Program-made: the position numbers and the translations under genes | The notes under the pieces: generated by a model | The model's database searches: none | Told to the model about the DNA's origin: nothing | What the model saw: only the letters and a program-made list of their open reading frames with translations | In this document: in pieces, positions 56,962-64,000 of the stretch | How positions within the stretch are numbered: position 1 is the stretch's first letter | How the letters are laid out: each line of letters begins with the position of its first letter | Assembly (NCBI GenBank): GCA_037481835.1 | Contig: JBBFKW010000014.1 | Location: 32,001 to 96,000 of the forward strand | Length of the DNA: 64,000 nucleotides | Reading direction: 5' to 3' | Source of the DNA: Desulfosoma sp. | GTDB taxonomy: Bacteria > Desulfobacterota > Syntrophobacteria > Syntrophobacterales > DSM-9756

Positions 56962-57637
56962 AGACCTCCACCAGGTCGCCCACGCGCGCCTCCTTCCAAT
57001 CGGGGATCTTGATGCCCACCTGTCGTCCCCGGGAGGCTTCCGTCACCGGGGTGCGCTCGATTTGCATGGACTGAATCCGCCCCGCATACACGGGGCCCAT
57101 GGCCGAAATCACCCGAAAGGGGGCCCCCACGCGGAAGACGCCCTGTGTGATTTCGCAGCCGATGATGATCCCGCGTCGGCTGCTCTTGAAAAGCGCGATG
57201 ATCGTCCCCTGGCCGAGGACTTTTTCCGTCTCCCGCGGCGTCCTCTCTTCGGCTTTGAGGGGCGCGGCACGAGCGGCGACGGCATCCACGAGCTCGTGGA
57301 TGACGTCGAAGAGAAGGATGTCCACGCCCATGTCCCGGGCGGCGGCCGTGACCTTGGGGGCCGTTTCGACCCCCAAACCCAGCACCAGGCGGCTGGCCGT
57401 GGCCGCCAGCAAAACATCGGATTTGGAAACGGGCCCCACGCCGCGGTGGATCACCGCGATGGGCCGCTCGACGCTTTTGATCTTCTGCAAGGCCGCCTCG
57501 ATGGCTTCACAGGTGCCCACCGTGTCCGCCTTGATGACGAGTTCGAGCGGACGGGGGACCTTCGGCGCCTTTTCCGCGCCGGCTTTCCTCTTTTCCGGAA
57601 GGGCGGTCGAGGACGGCCTCTCTTTTCTCTCCTTCAT
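56948..57637 (-). CDS. Stand-alone IF2 C-terminal (C1+C2) domain protein with no GTPase domain
   Basis: LVIKADTVGTCEA, IHRGVGPVSKSDVLLA, VDI.LFDVIHELVD, KVLGQG.I...F, IIGCEITQG and VGDLVEVY parallel the InfB C-terminus. Start 57637 or 57676. Confidence 0.85.
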   Translation of the reverse strand: MKERKERPSSTALPEKRKAGAEKAPKVPRPLELVIKADTVGTCEAIEAALQKIKSVERPIAVIHRGVGPVSKSDVLLAATASRLVLGLGVETAPKVTAAARDMGVDILLFDVIHELVDAVAARAAPLKAEERTPRETEKVLGQGTIIALFKSSRRGIIIGCEITQGVFRVGAPFRVISAMGPVYAGRIQSMQIERTPVTEASRGRQVGIKIPDWKEARVGDLVEVYEKA

Positions 57638-57711
57638 GGGCAAGGCCCTTCTCAACGCGTCGGATCGGCCCCGCACCGGTGCCGTCTTTGCGGCACAGCT
57701 CGAGGATCGCG

Positions 57712-59109
57712 CTAAGGGCCGAAAACTTCCTTGGGACGCTGCGTGCTTCCCGTGGCGTTTGGGAAATCCGTCGCCTTGACCGCCTTTTGGTTGGCGGCGA
57801 TGAGGTGACGGGCTTCTTCCATGAAATTATTGAACCGCTTCTTGCACTCATAGAACCCGTGCCACCAGGAATAGTCCGGAGCCATCATGGCCGCACCCAT
57901 GCGGGCCCGGCGTCCTTCGTGGTGCCAGAGTTCATAGAATTCCACTTCCAAGCGTTCATCGAAATACCGCGTGTTGTCAAGAAGTCCTTTGGCATAGAGC
58001 TCGTCCAGCACGGCCTTGGCCGGTTTGTAATAGACCTCGTTGTATTCCTGAACGACCTTATCCAGTTTCACGTAGTGATCGTTCACCCAGGTTTTTCCGT
58101 GGCATTGCATGCACACGGCTTTCATCTTGTCCCGTTCCACCTCCCAGTTCGTCTGCGCCGGGAAGGGCTTGAACTCGGATGGCCGCACGGTCAAGGCCGC
58201 CTGAGTCTCCCAAGAAAGCCGTTCGGTCACATCGTGGGTCGTCAGCACGGCGCCGGCTCCCGACATGTGGCAGGATGCACACGTGGGCCCGCGGAAATCC
58301 ACCCCCGGTGTCCAGGTTCCCGAAGCCGCCGTCCAGTTGTATTGGTCGCCGAAGGCGGTGTAGATGTCCCCGTGTTTGGATTCCATATAGATTTCGATTT
58401 GAGGATGATCCGGCCCCAGGTGGCACTGGCCGCAGGCTTCGGGCTTTCGCGCTTCCATGACGGAAAAGCGATGTCGCGTGTGGCAGCTGGTGCAACTGCC
58501 TTTGCTGCCGTCCAGATTGACGCGACCGACCCCCACGTTGGGCCATGTGGCCGGATCCAGCACGCCCTCTTTGATGCGCAGAACCGTGCCGTGGCAGTGG
58601 AAGCAGCCCGCTTCCCGTTCCGTGTCGCTGTTCATGCCTTGCATGAGCCAGTTGTCGACTTTCCAAATGATCTCGATGGTGTTTGCATGCTTACTGCGGC
58701 TGTACTGCTTGGCTTCGTCCGGATGACAGCGGGAACAGTCCTTGGGGGTCACGGCGGCGGCCACGGGCACCCTGTATTCCTTGGACCCGTACGGGACATC
58801 GTTGCGCTCGTATTGCTTGTAATGGCTGAGGCTCACGTCCGGATCCGTTTCTTCCGCCTGGTGGCAATCGAGGCAGGTGATGTTGGCCGAGGCATGACGG
58901 CTGTGAGCCCAATCCGTAAAGATGCCGGGATTTTCACGGCGATGGCATTCAATGCAGGCGACGGTCTCCTTGGGCATGCTCCGCTCGATGCGAAACTCCT
59001 TGGCCTTGGCCGTATTGACGGCCTGCTGAGCCAAGGCCACGGCGGCAACCAGAACGCCGACCACCATGGCGCACACCACACCTTTCCCCATCACGGTCCA
59101 TCCCTTCAT
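57712..59109 (-). CDS. Octaheme hydroxylamine-oxidoreductase-family cytochrome c
   Basis: Signal peptide; 8 CxxCH motifs; CGQCHLGPDHPQIEIY.ESKHG; MAPDYSWWHGFYE. Confidence 0.9.
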   Translation of the reverse strand: MKGWTVMGKGVVCAMVVGVLVAAVALAQQAVNTAKAKEFRIERSMPKETVACIECHRRENPGIFTDWAHSRHASANITCLDCHQAEETDPDVSLSHYKQYERNDVPYGSKEYRVPVAAAVTPKDCSRCHPDEAKQYSRSKHANTIEIIWKVDNWLMQGMNSDTEREAGCFHCHGTVLRIKEGVLDPATWPNVGVGRVNLDGSKGSCTSCHTRHRFSVMEARKPEACGQCHLGPDHPQIEIYMESKHGDIYTAFGDQYNWTAASGTWTPGVDFRGPTCASCHMSGAGAVLTTHDVTERLSWETQAALTVRPSEFKPFPAQTNWEVERDKMKAVCMQCHGKTWVNDHYVKLDKVVQEYNEVYYKPAKAVLDELYAKGLLDNTRYFDERLEVEFYELWHHEGRRARMGAAMMAPDYSWWHGFYECKKRFNNFMEEARHLIAANQKAVKATDFPNATGSTQRPKEVFGP

Positions 59110-59147
59110 GGCTCGACCTCCCTTTCCCTTCCGAAAAGGCCGCACGT

Positions 59148-59705
59148 CTAAAGCCCCAAGCCTCGATAATTGCCTTCCAGCTGCTTGTAGGCGAAGCGAT
59201 CCCGGGCCACGTGGACCAGGTTGCGGTGGCAGTCCACGCAGCGTTTTTCATAACCCGGTCGAGGGTAGAGCACCGAGCGATGCGCCAACATGGCGCCTCG
59301 CTTTTCCGGCATGTAGAGGATGTTGCGGTGGCACTTCTGGCATTGGTCGTTCTTCATGGAGGCGTAGGCCGCTTGGCGCGCCTTGGCATGGTCGTAAGCC
59401 TGCGGCCCGTCCTTGAAATGGACGAAAACGTCTTTGATGCCGTGCATGGTCTTGGCGTAGAAGAATTCCACGGTGTCGTGAGGGGCGGGCAAGTGGCAAT
59501 CCATGCAGTCGGCCACAAACCCCTGGGCGTTGTTGGTGTGGGTCGATGTCTTCCATGTGTTGTAGGCGAAGCGGATCTCGTGGCAGGAAGCGCAAAACTG
59601 GGGTGTGGATGTGCGCACCATGGTGTAGTAGGTCATGGAAAAGAGGGGAAAGGCCAAGACGACGCCCACGGCGATCCACAGCACGGCTTTCACCCACCGC
59701 TTCAT
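59148..59705 (-). CDS. NapC/NirT/NrfH-family tetraheme quinol dehydrogenase
   Basis: N-terminal TM; TSTPQFCASCHE, CMDCH.P, CQKCH, CVDCH..LVH. Confidence 0.92.
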   Translation of the reverse strand: MKRWVKAVLWIAVGVVLAFPLFSMTYYTMVRTSTPQFCASCHEIRFAYNTWKTSTHTNNAQGFVADCMDCHLPAPHDTVEFFYAKTMHGIKDVFVHFKDGPQAYDHAKARQAAYASMKNDQCQKCHRNILYMPEKRGAMLAHRSVLYPRPGYEKRCVDCHRNLVHVARDRFAYKQLEGNYRGLGL

Positions 59706-60011
59706 AAGCGTCCCTCCCAAACGGAGTCAACGGGTGTGCGACGCCGCGTCCCCGCCTCTCAAAAGGAAGTCGGGAAAGCCGGCGCGCTCTCAAAGCCCAT
59801 GGATCATGTGAAGATGCCTTCCATCTAGGCCAAAAGGCTTTTCAGGTCAACACAGAAATCTTTGTGATCCCAAGAAACGAATGGAAGTGAACATAAATTC
59901 ACGTCAAGAGCCGTCTTCCGCCTTCCACGCCGGGTCCCGGAGGCCGCCCGCGCGACGGGATCCATAAGAGGGGCGCACCGCCCCGGGCACCAACAAGCGG
60001 CGCATCGCCGG

Positions 60012-60602
60012 CTATGGGGAGTGTTCGATGGCTTCCGCGGTTTCCTTGTCACCGGGGCGGTTTCGCTGGAGGAGGTAGGCCGCGAGGGCTTTTCTCTCTT
60101 CGAGGGGTTTTTTCTGCCAGAGGTCGAACTTGGCCGAGATCCTCTCGGGGGTGATTTCGACGACGGCGCAGGATCGAACGGCGGGGGCATGGGCGTCCAC
60201 GGGCGGCGGCTGGAGCCCCTTTTCGTGAGCGGCCACCAGGGCGTTCAAAGCGGCGGTCTTTTCCACCGGATCCTCCACGATGCGGGCTCGGCCGCGAATG
60301 ACGACGCTCTTGTAGAGCTGATGGAGCCGACACGGGCCGTCCGAAGGGCGATAGGCCGCGTCCACGTAGGCCAAGGGGATATCGACCTGAAAACACACGC
60401 GGTCGTCCCGCCGCATGTTCTCCATCTTTTCGCCTTCCAAGGCCGAATGGAAATAGATGCGCCCGTTCCAATACACGTAATTCACCGGGGTGATGTAGGG
60501 GTAGCCGTCGGCACCCGAGGTGGCCAGGCGTCCGATGGTGCAGGATTCCAGCACCGCGCGGATGGCCTCGGGATCCTTCACTTCGCACTGTTTTCTTCGC
60601 AT
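60012..60602 (-). CDS. Flavin-binding pyridoxamine-oxidase/NimA-like protein
   Basis: MRRK...GRLAT...YPYITPVNY...IYFHSA.EG.K....VCF...YKSVVIRG. Confidence 0.88.
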   Translation of the reverse strand: MRRKQCEVKDPEAIRAVLESCTIGRLATSGADGYPYITPVNYVYWNGRIYFHSALEGEKMENMRRDDRVCFQVDIPLAYVDAAYRPSDGPCRLHQLYKSVVIRGRARIVEDPVEKTAALNALVAAHEKGLQPPPVDAHAPAVRSCAVVEITPERISAKFDLWQKKPLEERKALAAYLLQRNRPGDKETAEAIEHSP

Positions 60603-60873
60603 GATCGTCCCCTCTTTTCGCACACGCGCATTGGCCCTTGCCTCGGCCGCGCCGGCCGGGAAGGCCTCAAGCGGCCCGGGCACCTGGCAGAACCGAATCG
60701 GGCCGGGCTTTTCCGCCGCCGGCCGACGAACCGAGATGTAACGGATTGTCCCGGAATGGTCCAATTTTATTGCACCCGAACGGGCTCCGATGGCATTGTT
60801 GGGTTTCCGAAGGGGCGGCTTCGGCCGCAGCCTTCGTCCCGCCCTTCAACCCGAACCGTAAGGAGGTCCGACG

Positions 60874-61683
60874 ATGATCGACTATGGGTCCGTGCAGAGC
60901 CTGATTCAGGATGCCGTGAAGCCGAGGAGCCTTCCGCTGGCGGTGCGTTTTCTCGGCCCTGAAGAGCCCTTTCCGGAAAAGACGCGGCGACCCAAGGCCT
61001 TTCTCAAAAAACGCGTCACCATCTGCCAAGGGATCACCATGGCGCGCCTCTACGGCTGGACCGTCGGGCTTCGCAAGGAAGACATCGTGTGCGTGCCGGC
61101 GCTCATCGGCTGGGGCATGGCAGGGGTGGACAACCCCCGCGGCGAGCTGGAAAAACTCATGCAGGCCGTAGGCTTTGCCGCCGATGGGACATCGGCTGCC
61201 GCTCAGGCGGGCGCCATGGTCTGTCCGCCTCAAGGCGCCGTGGACGGCATCCTGCTCAGCCCCTTGGGGAAAGCTCAAGAAACGCCGCACACCGTGGCCG
61301 TCTACTGCAACCCCGCCCAGGCCATGCGCCTGGTGCAAGCCCTGACCTACGGCGGGGACGGGAGGGCGCCGGCTCCCGCGGTCACGGGAAGTTTCGGCGG
61401 CAAGGTGGAATGCCTCCAATCCCTCTATGCCCCCTACGCCGTGGATGCGCCGCGGATTGCCATTCCCGGCATGGGGGATCGGATCTTTTCCATGACCCAA
61501 GACGATGAACTGGTGGTGGCCTTTCCGGGCCGATTCTTGCCCGCACTGGCCGGAGGGCTCAAAGATGCCGGAAAGGCCATCGGCGCCCGGTATCCCGTGA
61601 CGTTCTACCAGAATTTCGAGCCCGAATTTCCCGCACCGTACAAGGAGACCGCCGAGAGGCTCGGCCTTTTCGACGAGCCGTAA
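60874..61683 (+). CDS. DUF169 family protein
   Basis: PLAVRF, TICQGITMAR..G, DIVC, NPAQAMRL, GDR.F..TQDDEL.VAFP; AAGGAGG RBS. Confidence 0.8.
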   Translation: MIDYGSVQSLIQDAVKPRSLPLAVRFLGPEEPFPEKTRRPKAFLKKRVTICQGITMARLYGWTVGLRKEDIVCVPALIGWGMAGVDNPRGELEKLMQAVGFAADGTSAAAQAGAMVCPPQGAVDGILLSPLGKAQETPHTVAVYCNPAQAMRLVQALTYGGDGRAPAPAVTGSFGGKVECLQSLYAPYAVDAPRIAIPGMGDRIFSMTQDDELVVAFPGRFLPALAGGLKDAGKAIGARYPVTFYQNFEPEFPAPYKETAERLGLFDEP

Positions 61684-61893
61684 AGGGGAGCCTCACGCCG
61701 TGACCGTCCTGCCTCGCGCACAAGCGGGCGTGCCCGCCATGGGGAGCGCGGGCGAGGCGGACCCTGGATCACGGTAACGGAGTCTTCTGTCGAGAGACGC
61801 CGCGCCCGCTGCAGCCCAAGCCCCCAAGCGGCGGCGAAAGGCAAAGCCCTTGGAGCGTCCGCGACGAGCCGTTCCCGTTCAGGGGGAAACCCT

Positions 61894-62949
61894 CTACGGC
61901 GCAGGCGCGAAAAAGGCGCGCATGTGCTCGGCAAGTCTTTCCGGGCGCATGATCATGATTTCGTTTTTCAGCAGCTTCTGGAAGTAATAGTCGTCCGTTC
62001 GGTAATGGGGCGTCACGTTCTGTCGATTGACGATGCGCAGGACACACGCAAAGGCGCCGTCCGTTTCGCCTAAGGGGCCGCTGTAGCAGGACAAGTTGAA
62101 GGTGGAAAATCCCAGGGCGTGGTAGCCCGAAAGGACGCCATGGAGCCCGCGGGCCGTGGCGCGCACGTCGTCCTCGCTCCAACCCAGGAAGCTGGATGCC
62201 TTGGGATAGACAGCCAGGATTTCGTTGACCCCCATGGGCGAATAGGCGGCCATCCAGTGCGTTTCATGGATCCTGGCGACGTAGCGTTGGCTTTCACGCC
62301 GTTCCTCGTCCACAAGATCGTCCCAGTAGCGGCGCCCCGTGCGCTCCTTGTAAGCCTTGGAAGCCTCCAAGAGGAGCCGGTGGTGCGTGGTCGGCTCCAG
62401 CCCGCCCAGGATCTGCAGGTGAGGGTGGATGACGCTGGCTCCTGCAGGAAAGAGATAATTGGCGTTGATCGTGAAATAGCGGATGTTCGGGGTTTTTTCG
62501 GCGCATCGGCGGATGAAATCCAGGGCCGCGTCCAAGGCGTCGGTGAGGAGCTCTTCCGCAAACTCGTTGAGACGCCGATGATGCCGATCCCCCACCATGA
62601 CCACGGCATGGTAGGCGGACAGGGGAAAGAGATTGGGGAACAAGACGGCCTCTCCCCGCACGAGCCGCCCGCCCGGGATGAGCTCGTCCGGATAGGCGGG
62701 AGTCATGGTCCGCCATTTGCCGTCGCACAAAAAGCAGGAGGCTGCCGAGGCGGCGGCCCGCTCTTCCAGGTAGCGTTCGTCGGTTGGAGGGAAAAGGATG
62801 GCCTGCTTGCCTTCCAGGGCGGCGTTGTAAATGCTTTGGTGTCCCGTGAGGGGGTCTCTCCTCACCTCGATGATCTGTTCGTCCATGTCGCCGTTTCGAA
62901 GGGGGCTGTGAAAACGCGCGGTCTCGGTCCAGGATGTCCACTGCAGCAT
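61894..62949 (-). CDS. Galactose-1-phosphate uridylyltransferase-like (GalT/HIT) protein
   Basis: EVRRDPLTG, CFLC, FPNLFP, AGASVIHPHLQ. Confidence 0.85.
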   Translation of the reverse strand: MLQWTSWTETARFHSPLRNGDMDEQIIEVRRDPLTGHQSIYNAALEGKQAILFPPTDERYLEERAAASAASCFLCDGKWRTMTPAYPDELIPGGRLVRGEAVLFPNLFPLSAYHAVVMVGDRHHRRLNEFAEELLTDALDAALDFIRRCAEKTPNIRYFTINANYLFPAGASVIHPHLQILGGLEPTTHHRLLLEASKAYKERTGRRYWDDLVDEERRESQRYVARIHETHWMAAYSPMGVNEILAVYPKASSFLGWSEDDVRATARGLHGVLSGYHALGFSTFNLSCYSGPLGETDGAFACVLRIVNRQNVTPHYRTDDYYFQKLLKNEIMIMRPERLAEHMRAFFAPAP

Positions 62950-63103
62950 GGCGGTCTCTTTCCTCCTTTATCGAATTTGAGGTCATGGGCGTATAGCGCC
63001 CGCTGGCATCCGGATCCGACGCCCAAATCCGGAGTTCACCCAAAGAGGGCCCGACGAGGGGAACGGAAGGGCTCTGCCTGAAACACCGTCCCACGGGAAG
63101 GCG

Positions 63104-63721
63104 TTAACGGCAGCCCTTGTCCAAGGCCGCTCGAATTTCCAAGGCAATCTCGCGGCTCAGCGCCGCAATGGCCCGGCTGTGGGCGGCCGCCAGCGACTCA
63201 TAGTCCGGCCCCTGGCATTTTTCCACGAAAACCGAGTTCTTCCCAAAACGATCCCCTTTCCCTTTTGGGAAAGTGAGGGTCCATTGGACATGCAAGGTTA
63301 CGGATTCTCCGGGACGGCCGTCGAATCGGTTTACCTGAACGGCCAGCACCATGTCGGGCTCGAAGGCTGCATCATCCGGCGCCGCGACGGCTCCCGCGTC
63401 GCGGAGCTGGACATTGAGGTTTTCGATGAGCACGCGGAAAAGCTCCTTGTCCAAGGGACCGGCCCAGCGATGGTTTTCGCTGAGGCGCACCGTGTGATCT
63501 CCCGTGCGGACCAGCATCTGGGGGCGCTTCAAGATGTCCGGCACGGTCACAGGCCGGAGGGCCAGGGTCCAGCGCATGGGGATTGGCGAAGAAAATCCGC
63601 CGGGGGATAAGGGCGCCAGTGTGTAGTAGTGTAGGGGAGCACTCGTGGTGCATCCCAGGATCACTACAGCGAAAACACAAACGGCGGCCAAGGCGGCCTT
63701 GTTGCCGATCGAATCCTTCAT
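63104..63721 (-). CDS. pqiC: PqiC-family lipoprotein (ABC transport auxiliary)
   Basis: Lipobox ILGC; YYTL, V.VPD.L.RPQ, HRWAGPL, V.RFDG. Confidence 0.85.
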   Translation of the reverse strand: MKDSIGNKAALAAVCVFAVVILGCTTSAPLHYYTLAPLSPGGFSSPIPMRWTLALRPVTVPDILKRPQMLVRTGDHTVRLSENHRWAGPLDKELFRVLIENLNVQLRDAGAVAAPDDAAFEPDMVLAVQVNRFDGRPGESVTLHVQWTLTFPKGKGDRFGKNSVFVEKCQGPDYESLAAAHSRAIAALSREIALEIRAALDKGCR

Positions 63722-64000
63722 TCTTCTTGTCCTTTCCCAAACAAGACGGACTGGGGATCCCGTTCCAGGGCCTCGGCCAAAACCTTGAGAGTCCGCGAGG
63801 CCGCGGCGAATTCTTCCGCAGCCGCAATCAATCGACTGTGGAGCGGGGAGTCGGAGCGCAGGAGAGATTCTACGGCAGCGAGGGATGTGCGGGCTTGACC
63901 CAGGGCGGCGTCCATTTCGGGTGTGGTCTGGGTCCGCAGCGTTTTCAACAGAAGATGCATTTCCTTGGAAGCCGCCTCCAGAGATTTCACCGTGTTCAAA
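63718..64000 (-). CDS. pqiB: PqiB/MlaD-family MCE protein, C-terminal part
   Basis: C-terminal A.RTL..LA..LERDPQSVLFGK; 4-nt overlap with pqiC; 5' end outside the window. Confidence 0.75.
   Translation of the reverse strand, partial: LNTVKSLEAASKEMHLLLKTLRTQTTPEMDAALGQARTSLAAVESLLRSDSPLHSRLIAAAEEFAAASRTLKVLAEALERDPQSVLFGKGQEE

Overview
GC-rich (roughly 60-65% by eye) bacterial chromosome segment. The gene set suggests a sulfate-reducer/syntroph-type deltaproteobacterium (Desulfobacterota, Syntrophobacterales-like; inference only). Left to right: truncated nusA, rimP with its leader hairpin, tRNA-Gly(CCC); archease-rtcB; an atypical GreA and a Nudix hydrolase; a complete complex I operon (fused nuoEF placed first, then nuoABCDGHIJKLMN) behind a Rex-like box; GAF, EAL-HDOD, EamA, MCP, Crp/Fnr and DMT genes; two TRAP systems; GGT; SBF transporter-hutH; a TolC-MFP-RND pump with a PII-like partner; a proteasome-beta-like Ntn hydrolase head-to-head with a ubiquitin-like-domain gene; a class II photolyase; and a redox cluster (TetR, atypical CooS, NapC/NrfH plus octaheme HAO-like cytochrome, flavin-binding proteins, DUF169) that also holds a stand-alone IF2 C-terminal protein; then GalT-like and pqiC/pqiB. 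Non-coding structure includes GTAG-type REPs (one tandem array inside the nuo operon), two copies of a 120-bp MITE-like element and a 78-bp structured tandem array. No transposase, integrase, phage or CRISPR-Cas genes were seen. Best novelty candidates: the GTPase-less mini-IF2, the proteasome-beta/Ubl-like pair and the 78-bp array. All calls come from motif recognition by eye; no searches were run.
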